Source: the human T2T-CHM13v2.0 reference genome, Homo sapiens. From it: a DNA stretch of 64,000 bases. Below the pieces are notes generated by a model. That model worked only from the letters and a program-made list of their open reading frames with translations. It was not told the origin of the DNA and did not search any database. This document shows positions 12,893-26,200 of this stretch, piece after piece (positions within the stretch are counted from its first letter, which is position 1; every line of letters begins with the position of its first letter). The DNA lies in NCBI RefSeq assembly GCF_009914755.1, contig NC_060925.1. One strand, given 5' to 3'. A program made the translations under genes and the position numbers.

Positions 12893-15800
12893 TTACAGAG
12901 AGCAGACTTGAAACACTCTTTTTGTGGAATTTGCAAGTGGAGATTTCAGCCGCTTTGAGGTCAATGGTAGAATAGGAAATATCTTCCTATAGAAACTAGA
13001 CAGAATGATTCTCATAAACTCCTTTGTGATGTGTGCGTTCAACTCACAGAGTTTAACCTTTCTTTTCATACAGCAGTTAGGAAACACTCTGTTTGTAAAG
13101 TCTGCAAGTGGATATTCAGACCTCTTTGAGGCCTTCGTGGGAAACGGGATTTCTTCATATTCTGCTAGACAGAAGAATACTCAGTAACTTCCTTGTGTTG
13201 TGTGTATTCAACTGACAGAGTTGAACTTTCATTTAGAGAGAGCAGATTTGAAACACTGTTTTTGTGGAATTTGCAAGTGGAGATTTCAAGCGCTTTGGGG
13301 CCAAAGACAGAAAAGGAAATATCTTCGTATAAAAACTAGACAGAATCATTCTCAGAAACTGCTGCGTGATGTGTGCGTTCAACTCTCAGAGTTTAACTTT
13401 TCTTTTCATTCAGCCGTTTGGAAACACTCTGTTTGTAAAGTCTGCACGTGGATATTTTGACCACTTAGAGGCCTTCGTTGGAAACGGGTTTTTTGCATGT
13501 AAGGCTAAACAGAAGAATTCCCAGTAACTTCCTTGTGTTGTGTGCATTCAACTCACAGAGTTGAACGTTCACTTAGACAGAGCAGATTTGAAACACTCTA
13601 TTTGTGCAATTTGCAAGTGTAGATTTCAAGCGCTTTAAGGTCAATGGCAGAAAAGGAAATATCTTCGTTTCAAAACTAGACAGAATCATTCCCACAAACT
13701 GCGTTGTGATGTGTTCGTTCAACTCACAGAGTTTAACCTTTCTGTTCATGGAGCAGTTAGGAAACACTCTGTTTGTAAAGTCTGTAAGTGGATATTCTGA
13801 CATCTTGTGGCCTTCGTTGGAAACGGGATTTCTTCATATTCTGCTAGACGGAAGAATTCTCAGTAACTTCCTTGTGTTGTGTGTATTCAACTCACAGAGT
13901 TGAACGATCCTTTACACAGAGCAGACTTGAAACACTCTTTTTGTGGAATTTGCAAGTGGAGATTTCAGCCGCTTTGAGGTCAATGGTAGAAAAGTAAATA
14001 TCTTCGTATAAAAACTAGACAGAATGATTCTCAGAAACTCCTTTGTGATGTGTGCGTTCAACTCACAGAGTTTAACTTTTCTTTTCATAGAGCAGTTAGG
14101 AAACACTCTGTTTGTAAAGTCTGCAAGTGGATATTCAGACCTCTTTGAGGCCTTCGTTGGAAACGGGATTTCTTCATATTATGCTAGACAGAATAATTCT
14201 CAGTAACTTCCTTGTGTTGTGTGTATTCAACTGACAGAGTTGAACTTTCATTTAGAGAGAGCAGATTTGAAACACTGTTTTTGTGGAATTTGCAAGTGTA
14301 GATTTCAAGCGCTTTGGGGCCAAAGGCAGAAAAGGAAATATCTACGTATAAAAACTAGACAGAATCATTCTCAGAAACTGCTGCGTGATGTGTGCGTTCA
14401 ACTCTCAGAGTTTAACTTTTCTTTTCATTCAGCGGTTTGGAAACACTCTGTTTGTAAAGTCTGCACGTGGATATTTTGACCACTTAGAGGCCGTCGTTGG
14501 AAACGGTTTTTTTGCATGTAAGGCTAGACAGAAGAATTCCCAGTAACTTCCTTGTGTTGTGTGCATTCAACTCACAGAGTTGAACGTTCCCTTAGACAGA
14601 GCAGATTTGAAACACTCTATTTGTGCAATTTGCAAGTGTAGATTTCAAGCGCTTTAAGGTCAATGGCAGAAAAGGAAATATCTTCGTTTCAAAACTAGAC
14701 AGAATCATTCCCACAAACTGCGTTGTGATGTGTTCGTTCAACTCACAGAGTTTAACCTTTCTGTTCATAGAGCAGTTAGGAAACACTCTGTTTGTAAAGT
14801 CTGCAAGTGGATATTCAGACCTCCTTGAGGCCTTCGTTGGAAACGGGATTTCTTCATATTCTGCTAGACAGAAGAATTCTCAGTAACTTCCTTGTGTTGT
14901 GTGTATTCAACTCACAGAGTGGAACGATCGTTTACACAGGGGCAGACTTGAAACACTCTTTTTGTGGAATTTGCAAGTGGAGATTTCAGCCGCTTTGAGG
15001 TCAATGGTAGAAAAGGAAATATCTTCGTATAAAGACTAGACAGAATGATTCTCAGAAACTCCTTTGTGATGTGAGCGTTCAACTCACAGAGTTTAACTTT
15101 TCTTTTCATAGAGCAGTTAGGAAACACTCTGTTTGTAAAGTCTGCAAGTGGATATTCAGACCGCTTTGAGGCCTTCGTTGAAAACGGGATTTCTTCATAT
15201 TATGCTAGACAGAATAATTCTCAGTAACTTCCTTGTGTTGTGTGTATTCAACTCACAGAGTTGAACGATCCTTTACAGAGAGCAGACTTGAAACACTCTT
15301 TTTGTGGAATTTGCAAGTGGAGATTTCAAGCGCTTTGAGGTCAAAGGTAGAATAGGAAATATCTTCCTATAGAAACTAGACAGAATGATTCTCAGAAACT
15401 CCTTTGTGATGTGTGCGTTCAACTCACAGAGTTTAACCTTTCTTTTCATAGAGCAGTTAGGAAACACTTTGTTTGTAAAGTCTGCAAGTGGATATTCAGA
15501 CCTCTTTGAGGCCTTCGTTGGAAACGGGATTTCTTCATATTCTGCTAGACAGAAGAATTCTCAGTAACTTCCTTGTGTTGTGTGCATTCAACTCACAGAG
15601 TTGAACGTTCCCTTAGACAGAGCAGATTTGAAACACTCTATTTGTGCAATTTGCAAGTGTAGATTTCAAGCGCTTTAAGGTCAATGGCAGAAAAGGAAAT
15701 ATCTTCGTTTCAAAACTAGACAGAATCATTCCCACAAACTGCGTTGTGATGTGTTCGTTCAACTCACAGAGTTTAACCTTTCTGTTCATAGAGCAGTTAG

Positions 15801-18800
15801 GAAACACTCTGTTTGTAAAGTCTGTAAGTGGATATTCTGACATCTTGTGGCCTTCGTTGGAAACGGGATTTCTTCATATTCTGCTAGACAGAAGAATTCT
15901 CAGTAACTTCCTTGTGTTGTGTGTATTCAACTCACAGAGTTGAACGATCCTTTACAGAGAGCAGACTTGAAACACTCTTTTTGTGGAATTTGCAAGTGGA
16001 GATTTCAGCCGCTTTGAGGTCAATGGTAGAATAGGAAATATCTTCCTATAGAAACTAGACAGAATGATTCTCATAAACTCCTTTGTGATGTGTGCGTTCA
16101 ACTCACAGAGTTTAACCTTTCTTTTCATACAGCAGTTAGGAAACACTCTGTTTGTAAAGTCTGCAAGTGGATATTCAGACCTCTTTGAGGCCTTCGTGGG
16201 AAACGGGATTTCTTCATATTCTGCTAGACAGAAGAATTCTCAGTAACTTCCTTGTGTTGTGTGTATTCAACTGACAGAGTTGAACTTTCATTTAGAGAGA
16301 GCAGATTTGAAACACTGTTTTTGTGGAATTTGCAAGTGGAGATTTCAAGCGCTTTGGGGCCAAAGACAGAAAAGGAAATATCTTCGTATAAAAACTAGAC
16401 AGAATCATTCTCAGAAACTGCTGCGTGATGTGTGCGTTCAACTCTCAGAGTTTAACTTTTCTTTTCATTCAGCCGTTTGGAAACACTCTGTTTGTAAAGT
16501 CTGCACGTGGATATTTTGACCACTTAGAGGCCTTCGTTGGAAACGGGTTTTTTGCATGTAAGGCTAAACAGAAGAATTCCCAGTAACTTCCTTGTGTTGT
16601 GTGCATTCAACTCACAGAGTTGAACGTTCACTTAGACAGAGCAGATTTGAAACACTCTATTTGTGCAATTTGCAAGTGTAGATTTCAAGCGCTTTAAGGT
16701 CAATGGCAGAAAAGGAAATATCTTCGTTTCAAAACTAGACAGAATCATTCCCACAAACTGCGTTGTGATGTCTTCGTTCAACTCACAGAGTTTAACCTTT
16801 CTGTTCATGGAGCAGTTAGGAAACACTCTGTTTGTAAAGTCTGTAAGTGGATATTCTGACATCTTGTGGCCTTCGTTGGAAACGGGATTTCTTCATATTC
16901 TGCTAGACGGAAGAATTCTCAGTAACTTCCTTGTGTTGTGTGTATTCAACTCACAGAGTTGAACGATCCTTTACACAGAGCAGACTTGAAACACTCTTTT
17001 TGTGGAATTTGCAAGTGGAGATTTCAGCCGCTTTGAGGTCAATGGTAGAAAAGTAAATATCTTCGTATAAAAACTAGACAGAATGATTCTCAGAAACTCC
17101 TTTGTGATGTGTGCGTTCAACTCACAGAGTTTAACTTTTCTTTTCATAGAGCAGTTAGGAAACACTCTGTTTGTAAAGTCTGCAAGTGGATATTCAGACC
17201 TCTTTGAGGCCTTCGTTGGAAACGGGATTTCTTCATATTATGCTAGACAGAATAATTCTCAGTAACTTCCTTGTGTTGTGTGTATTCAACTGACAGAGTT
17301 GAACTTTCATTTAGAGAGAGCAGATTTGAAACACTGTTTTTGTGGAATTTGCAAGTGTAGATTTCAAGCGCTTTGGGGCCAAAGGCAGAAAAGGAAATAT
17401 CTACGTATAAAAACTAGACAGAATCATTCTCAGAAACTGCTGCGTGATGTGTGCGTTCAACTCTCAGAGTTTAACTTTTCTTTTCATTCAGCGGTTTGGA
17501 AACACTCTGTTTGTAAAGTCTGCACGTGGATATTTTGACCACTTAGAGGCCGTCGTTGGAAACGGTTTTTTTGCATGTAAGGCTAGACAGAAGAATTCCC
17601 AGTAACTTCCTTGTGTTGTGTGCATTCAACTCACAGAGTTGAACGTTCCCTTAGACAGAGCAGATTTGAAACACTCTATTTGTGCAATTTGCAAGTGTAG
17701 ATTTCAAGCGCTTTAAGGTCAATGGCAGAAAAGGAAATATCTTCGTTTCAAAACTAGACAGAATCATTCCCACAAACTGCGTTGTGATGTGTTCGTTCAA
17801 CTCACAGAGTTTAACCTTTCTGTTCATAGAGCAGTTAGGAAACACTCTGTTTGTAAAGTCTGCAAGTGGATATTCAGACCTCCTTGAGGCCTTCGTTGGA
17901 AACGGGATTTCTTCATATTCTGCTAGACAGAAGAATTCTCAGTAACTTCCTTGTGTTGTGTGTATTCAACTCACAGAGTGGAACGATCGTTTACACAGGG
18001 GCAGACTTGAAACACTCTTTTTGTGGAATTTGCAAGTGGAGATTTCAGCCGCTTTGAGGTCAATGGTAGAAAAGGAAATATCTTCGTATAAAGACTAGAC
18101 AGAATGATTCTCAGAAACTCCTTTGTGATGTGAGCGTTCAACTCACAGAGTTTAACTTTTCTTTTCATAGAGCAGTTAGGAAACACTCTGTTTGTAAAGT
18201 CTGCAAGTGGATATTCAGACCGCTTTGAGGCCTTCGTTGAAAACGGGATTTCTTCATATTATGCTAGACAGAATAATTCTCAGTAACTTCCTTGTGTTGT
18301 GTGTATTCAACTCACAGAGTTGAACGATCCTTTACAGAGAGCAGACTTGAAACACTCTTTTTGTGGAATTTGCAAGTGGAGATTTCAGCCGCTTTGAGGT
18401 CAAAGGTAGAATAGGAAATATCTTCCTATAGAAACTAGACAGAATGATTCTCAGAAACTCCTTTGTGATGTGTGCGTTCAACTCACAGAGTTTAACCTTT
18501 CTTTTCATAGAGCAGTTAGGAAACACTTTGTTTGTAAAGTCTGCAAGTGGATATTCAGACCTCTTTGAGGCCTTCGTTGGAAACGGGATTTCTTCATATT
18601 CTGCTAGACAGAAGAATTCTCAGTAACTTCCTTGTGTTGTGTGCATTCAACTCACAGAGTTGAACGTTCCCTTAGACAGAGCAGATTTGAAACACTCTAT
18701 TTGTGCAATTTGCAAGTGTAGATTTCAAGCGCTTTAAGGTCAATGGCAGAAAAGGAAATATCTTCGTTTCAAAACTAGACAGAATCATTCCCACAAACTG

Positions 18801-19010
18801 CGTTGTGATGTGTTCGTTCAACTCACAGAGTTTAACCTTTCTGTTCATAGAGCAGTTAGGAAACACTCTGTTTGTAAAGTCTGTAAGTGGATATTCTGAC
18901 ATCTTGTGGCCTTCGTTGGAAACGGGATTTCTTCATATTCTGCTAGACAGAAGAATTCTCAGTAACTTCCTTGTGTTGTGTGTATTCAACTCACAGAGTT
19001 GAACGATCCT
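12893..19010 (+). repeat. Tandem duplication of a 3059-bp (9-dimer) unit
   Basis: The ORF series 12893..15613 repeats at 15952..18672. Shared markers are catacagc, cttcgtggg, ggctaaac, gttcactt, catggagc, ctacgtat, ccgtcgttgg and acacaggggc (+1). Confidence 0.93.
13233..14251 (+). repeat. Y-Z-X hexamer unit (1019 bp, 6 monomers); also at ~16292-17310 and ~34203-35221
   Basis: Y-dimer ORFs start at 13200/14219, 16259/17278 and 34170/35189, each pair 1019 bp apart. This fits the 6-mer HOR reported for the chr1/5/19 family. Confidence 0.75.
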
Positions 19011-22000
19011 TTACACAGAGCAGACTTGAAACACTCTTTTTGTGGAATTTGCAAGTGGAGATTTCAGCCGCTTTGAGGTCAATGGTAGAAAAGGAAATAT
19101 CTTCGTATAAAGACTAGACAGAATGATTCTCAGAAACTCCTTTGTGATGTGTGCGTTCAACTCACAGAGTTTAACCTTTCTGTTCATAGAGCAGTTAGGA
19201 AACACTCTGTTTGTAAAGTCTGCAAGTGGATATTCAGACCTCCTTGAGGCCTTCGTTGGAAACGGGATTTCTTCATATTCTGCTAGACAGAAGAATTCTC
19301 AGTAACTTCCTTGTGTTGTGTGTATTCAACTCACAGAGTTGAACGATCCTTTACACAGAGCAGACTTGAAACACTCTTTTTGTGGAATTTGCAAGTGGAG
19401 ATTTCAGCCGCTTTGAGGTCAATGGTAGAAAAGGATATATCTTCGTATAAAGACTAGACAGAATGATTCTCAGAAACTCCTTTGTGATGTGTGCGTACAA
19501 CTCACAGAGTTTAACTTTTCTTTTCATAGAGCAGTTAGGAAACACTCTGTTTGTAAAGTCTGCAAGTGGATATTCAGACCTCTTTGAGGCCTTCGTTGGA
19601 AACGGGATTTCTTCATATTATGCTAGACAGAAGAATTCTCAGTAACTTCCTTGTGTTGTGTGTATTCAACTCACAGAGTTGAACGATCCTTTACACAGAG
19701 CAGACTTGAAACACTCTTTTTGTGGAATTTGCAAGTGGAGATTTCAGCCGCTTTGAGGTCAATGGTAGAATAGGAAATATCTTCCTATAGAAACTAGACA
19801 GAATGATTCTCATAATCTCCTTTGTGATGTGTCCGTTCAACTCACAGAGTTTAACCTTCCTTTTCATAGAGCAGTTAGGAAACACTCTGTTTGTAAAGTC
19901 TGCAAGTGGATATTCAGACCTCCTTGAGGCCTTCGTTGGAAACGGGATTTCTTCATATTCTGCTAGACAGAAGAATTCTCAGTAACTTCCTTGTGTTGTG
20001 TGTATTCAACTCACAGAGTTGAACGATCCTTTACACAGAGCAGACTTGAAACACTCTTTTTGTAGAATTTCCAAGTGGAGATTTCAGCCGCTTTGAGGTC
20101 AATAGTGGAAAAGGAAATATCTTCGTAGAAAAACTAGACAGAATTATTCTCAGAAACTCCTTTGTGATGTGTGTGTTCAACTCACAGAGTTTAACCTTTC
20201 TTTTCATAGAGCAGTTAGTAAACACTCTGTTTATAAAGTCTGCAAGTGGATATTCAGACCCCTTTGAGGCCTTCGTTGGAAAAGGGATTTCTTCATATTA
20301 TGCTAGACAGAAGAATTCTCAGTAACTTCCTTGTGTTGTGTGTATTCAACTCACAGAGTTGAACGATCCTTTACAGAGAGTAGACTTGAAACACTCTTTT
20401 TTTGGAATTTGCAAGTGGAGATTTCAGCCGCTTTGAGGTCAATGGTAGAATAGGAAATATCTTCCTATAGAAACTAGACAGAATGATTCTCATAAACTCC
20501 TTTGTGATGTGTGCGTTCAACTCACAGAGTTTAACCTTTCTTTTCATACAGCAGTTAGGAAACACTCTGTTTGTAAAGTCTGCAAGTGGATATTCAGACC
20601 TCTTTGAGGCCTTCGTTGGAAACGGGATTTCTTCATATTCTGCTAGACAGAAGAATTCTCAGTAACTTCCTTGTGTTGTGTGTATTCAACTGACAGAGTT
20701 GAACTTTCATTTAGAGAGAGCAGATTTGAAACACTGTTTTTGTGGAATTTGCAAGTGGAGATTTCAAGCGCTTTGGGGCCAAAGACAGAAAAGGAAATAT
20801 CTTCGTATAAAAACTAGACAGAATCATTCTCAGAAACTGCTGCGTGATGTGTGCGTTCAACTATCAGAGTTTAACTTTTCTTTTCATTCAGCGGTTTGGA
20901 AACACTCTGTTTGTAAAGTCTGCACGTGGATATTTTGACCACTTAGAGGCCTTCGTTGGAAACGGGTTTTTTGCATGTAAGGCTAAACAGAAGAATTCCC
21001 AGTAACTTCCTTGTGTTGTGTGCATTCAACTCACAGAATTGAACGTTCCCTTAGACAGAGCAGATTTGAAACACTCTATTTGTGCAATTTGCAAGTGTAG
21101 ATTTCAAGCGCTTTAAGGTCAATGGCAGAAAAGGAAATATCTTCGTTTCAAAACTAGACAGAATCATTCCCACAAACTGCGTTGTGATGTCTTCGTTCAA
21201 CTCACAGAGTTTAACCTTTCTGTTCATGGAGCAGTTAGGAAACACTCTGTTTGTAAAGTCTGTAAGTGGATATTCTGACATCTTGTGGCCTTCGTTGGAA
21301 ACGGGATTTCTTCATATTCTGCTAGACGGAAGAATTCTCAGTAACTTCCTTGTGTTGTGTGTATTCAACTCACAGAGTTGAACGATCCTTTACACAGAGC
21401 AGACTTGAAACACTCTTTTTGTGGAATTTGCAAGTGGAGATTTCAGCCGCTTTGAGGTCAATGGTAGAAAAGTAAATATCTTCGTATAAAAACTAGACAG
21501 AATGATTCTCAGAAACTCCTTTGTGATGTGTGCGTTCAACTCACAGAGTTTAACTTTTCTTTTCATAGAGCAGTTAGGAAACACTCTGTTTGTAAAGTCT
21601 GCAAGTGGATATTCAGACCTCTTTGAGGCCTTCGTTGGAAACGGGATTTCTTCATATTATGCTAGACAGAATAATTCTCAGTAACTTCCTTGTGTTGTGT
21701 GTATTCAACTCACAGAGTTGAACGATCCATTACAGAGAGCAGACTTGAAACACTCTTTTTGTGGAATTTGCAAGTGGAGATTTCAGCCGCTTTGAGGTCA
21801 ATGGTAGAATAGGAAATATCTTCCTATAGAAACTAGACAGAATGATTCTCAGAAACTCCTTTGTGATGTGTGCGTTCAACTCACAGAGTTTAACCTTTCT
21901 TTTCATAGAGCAGTTAGGAAACACTCTGTTTGTAAAGTCTGCAAGTGGATATTCAGACCTCTTTGAGGCCTTCGTTGGAAACGGGATTTCTTCATATTCT

Positions 22001-23280
22001 GCTAGACAGAAGAATTCTCAGTAACTTCCTTGTGTTGTGTGTATTCAACTGACAGAGTTGAACTTTCATTTAGAGAGAGCAGATTTGAAACACTGTTTTT
22101 GTGGAATTTGCAAGTGGAGATTTCAAGCGCTTTGGGGCCAAAGGCAGAAAAGGAAATATCTTCGTATAAAAACTAGACAGAATCATTCTTAGAAACTGCT
22201 GCGTGATGTGTGCGTTCAACTCTCAGAGTTTAACTTTTCTTTTCATTCAGCGGTTTGGAAACACTCTGTTTGTAATGTCTGCACGTGGATATTTTGACCA
22301 CTTAGAGGCCTTCGTTGGAAACGGGTTTTTTGCATGTAAGGCTAGACAGAAGAATTCCCAGTAACTTCCTTGTGTTGTGTGCATTCAACTCACAGAGTTG
22401 AACGTTCCCTTAGAGAGAGCAGATTTGAAACACTCTATTTGTGCAATTTGCAAGTGTAGATTTCAAGCGCTTTAAGGTCAATGGCAGAAAAGGAAATATC
22501 TTCGTTTCAAAACTAGACAGAATCATTCCCACAAACTGCGTTGTGATGTGTTCGTTCAACTCACAGAGTTTAACCTTTCTGTTCATAGAGCAGTTAGGAA
22601 ACACTCTGTTTGTAAAGTCTGTAAGTGGATATTCTGACATCTTATGGCCTTCGTTGGAAACGGGATTTCTTCATATTCTGCTAGACAGAAGAATTCTCAG
22701 TAACTTCCTTGTGTTGTGTGTATTCAACTCACAGAGTTGAACGATCCTTTACACAGAGCAGACTTGAAACACTCTTTTTGTGGAATTTGCAAGTGGAGAT
22801 TTCAGCCGCTTTGAGGTCAATGGTAGAAAAGGAAATATCTTCGTATAAAGACTAGACAGAATGATTCTCAGAAACTCCTTTGTGATGTGTGCGATCAACT
22901 CACAGAGTTTAACCTTTCTTTTCATAGAGCAGTTAGGAAACACTCTGTTTGTAAAGTCTGCAAGTGGATATTCAGACCTCCTTGAGGCCTTCTTTGGAAA
23001 CGGGATTTCTTCATATTCTGCTAGACAGAAGAATTCTCAGTAATTTCCTTGTGTTGTGTGTATTCAACTCACAGAGTTGAACGATCCTTTACACAGAGCA
23101 GACTTGAAACACTCTTTTTGTGGAATTTGCAAGTGGAGATTTCAGCCGCTTTGAGGTCAATGGTAGAAAAGGAAATATCTTCGTATAAAGACTAGACAGA
23201 AAGATTCTCAGAAACTCCTTTGTGATGTGTGCGTTCAACTCACAGAGTTTAAATTTTCTTTTCATAGAGCAGTTAGGAAA

Positions 23281-23296
23281 CACTCTGGAAACGGGA
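23281..23296 (+). other. 49-bp deletion junction in a CENP-B-box monomer (copy 1)
   Basis: Sequence reads cactctg|gaaacggga. The consensus has 49 extra bases (tttgtaaag...ccttcgttg) here, and the dimer measures 291 bp. Confidence 0.95.
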
Positions 23297-26200
23297 TTTC
23301 TTCATATTATGCTATACAGAATAATTCTCAGTAACTTCCTTGTGTTGTGTGTATTCAACTCACAGAGTTGTACGATCCTTTACACAGAGCAGACTTGAAA
23401 CACTCTTTTTGTGGAATTTGCAAGTGGAGATTTCAGCCGCTTTGAGGTGAATGGTAGAAAAGGAAACTATCTTCGTATAAAGACTAGACAGAATGATTCT
23501 CAGAAAATCCTTTGTGATGTGTGCGTTCAACTCACAGAGTTTAACTTTTCTTTTCATATAGCAGTTAGGAAACACTTTGTTTGTAAAGTCTGCAAGTGGA
23601 TATTCAGACCTCTTTGAGGCCTTCGTTGGAAACGGGATTTCTTCATATTCTGCTAGACAGAAGAATTCTCAGTAACTTCCTTGTGTTGTGTGTATTCAAC
23701 TCACAGAGTTGAACGATCCTTTACACAGAGCAGACTTGAAACACTCTTTTTGTGGAATTTGCAAGTGGAGATTTCAGCCGCTTTGAGGTCAATTGTAGAA
23801 AAGGAAATATCTTCGTATAAAGACTAGACAGAATGATTCTCAGAAACTCCTTTGTGATGTGTGCGTTCAACTCACAGAGTTTAACTTTTCTTTTCATAGA
23901 GCAGTTAGGAAACACTCTGTAATGTCTGCAAGTGGATATTCAGACCTCTTTGAGGCCTTCGTTGGAAACGGGATTTCTTCATATTATGCTAGACAGAATA
24001 ATTCTCAGTAACTTCCTTGTGTTGTGTGCATTCAACTCACAGAGTTGAACGATCCTTTACAGAGAGCAGACTTGAAACACTCTTTTTGTGGAATTTGCAA
24101 GTGGAGATTTCAGCCGCTTTGAGGTCAATTGTAGAATAGGAAATATCTTCCTACAGAAACTAGACAGAATGATTCTCATAAACTCCTTTGTGATGTGTGC
24201 GTTCAACTCACAGAGTTTAACCTTTCTTTTCATAGAGCAGTTAGGAAACACTCTGTTTGTAAAGTCTGCAAGTGGATATTCAGACCCCTTTGAGGCCTTC
24301 GTTGAAAACGGGATTTCTTCATATTCTGCTAGACAGAAGAATTCTCAGTAACTTCCTTGTGTTGTGTGTATTCAACTGACAGAGTTGAACTTTCATTTAG
24401 ATAGAGCAGATTTGAAACACTGTTTTTGTGGAATTTGCAGGTGGAGATTTCAAGCGCTTTGGGGCCAAAGGCAGAAAAGGAAATATCTTCGTATAAAAAC
24501 TAGACAGAATCATTCTCAGAAACTGCTGCGTGATGTGTGCGTTCAACTCTCAGAGTTTAACTTTCTTTTCATTCAGCGGTTTGGAAACACTCTGTTTGTA
24601 AAGTCTGCACGTGGATATTTTGACCACTTAGAGGCCTTCGTTGGAAACGGGTTTTTTTCATGTAAGGCTAGACAGAAGAATTCCCAGTAACTTCCTTGTG
24701 TTGTGTGCATTCAACTCACAGAGTTGAACGTTCCCTTAGACAGAGCAGATTTGAAACACTCTATTTGTGCAATTTGCAAGTGTAGATTTCAAGCGCTTTA
24801 AGGTCAATGGCAGAAAAGGAAATATCTTCGTTTCAAAACTAGACAGAATCATTCCCACAAACTGCGTTGTGATGTGTTCGTTCAACTCACAGAGTTTAAC
24901 CTTTCTGTTCATAGAGCAGTTAGGAAACACTCTGTTTGTAAAGTCTGTAAGTGGATATTCTGACCTCCTTGAGGGCTTCGTTGGAAACGGGATTTCTTCA
25001 TATTCTGCTAGACAGACGAATTCTCAGTAACTTCCTTGTGTTGTGTGTATTCAACTCACAGAGTTGAACGATCCTTTACACAGAGCAGACTTGAAACACT
25101 CTTTTTGTGGAATTTGCAAGTGGAGATTTCAGCCGCTTTGAGGTCAATGGTAGAAAAGGAAACTATCTTAGTATAAAGACTAGACAGAATGATTCTCAGA
25201 AAATCCTTTGTGATGTGTGCGTTCAACACACAGAGTTTAACTTTTCTTTTCTTAGAGCAGTTAGGAAACAGTCTGTTTGTAAAGTCTGCAAGTGGATATT
25301 CAGACCTCTTTGAGGCCTTCGTTGGAAACGGGATTTCTTCATATTCTGCTAGACAGAAGAATTCTCAGTAACTTCCTTGTGTTGTGTGTATTCAACTCAC
25401 AGAGTTGAACGATCCTTTACACAGAGCAGACTTGAAACACTCTTTTTGTGGAATTTGCAAGTGGAGATTTCAGCCGCTTTGAGGTCAATGGTAGAATAGG
25501 AAATATCTTCCTATAGAAACTAGACAGAATGATTCTCATAATCTCCTTTGTGATGTGTCCGTTCAACTCACAGAGTTTAACCTTCCTTTTCATAGAGCAG
25601 TTAGGAAACACTCTGTTTGTAAAGTCTGCAAGTGGATATTCAGACCTCTTTGAGGCCTTCGTTGGAAACGGGATTTCTTCATATTATGCTAGACAGAATA
25701 ATTCTCAGTAACTTCCTTGTGTTGTGTGTATTCAACTGACAGAGTTGAACTTTCATTTAGAGAGAGCAGATTTGAAACACTGTTTTTGTGGAATTTGCAA
25801 GTGGAGATTTCAAGCGCTTTGGGGCCAAAGACAGAAAAGGAAATATCTTCGTATAAAAACTAGACAGAATCATTCTCAGAAACTGCTGCGTGATGTGTGC
25901 GTTCAACTCTCAGAGTTTAACTTTTCTTTTCATTCAGCCGTTTGGAAACACTCTGTTTGTAAAGTCTGCACGTGGATATTTTGACCACTTAGAGGCCTTC
26001 GTTGGAAACGGGTTTTTTGCATGTAAGGCTAGACAGAAGAATTCCCAGTAACTTCCTTGTGTTGTGTGCATTCAACTCACAGAGTTGAACGTTCCCTTAG
26101 ACAGAGCAGATTTGAAACACTCTATTTGTGCAATTTGCAAGTGTAGATTTCAAGCGCTTTAAGGTCAATGGCAGAAAAGGAAATATCTTCGTTTCAAAAC

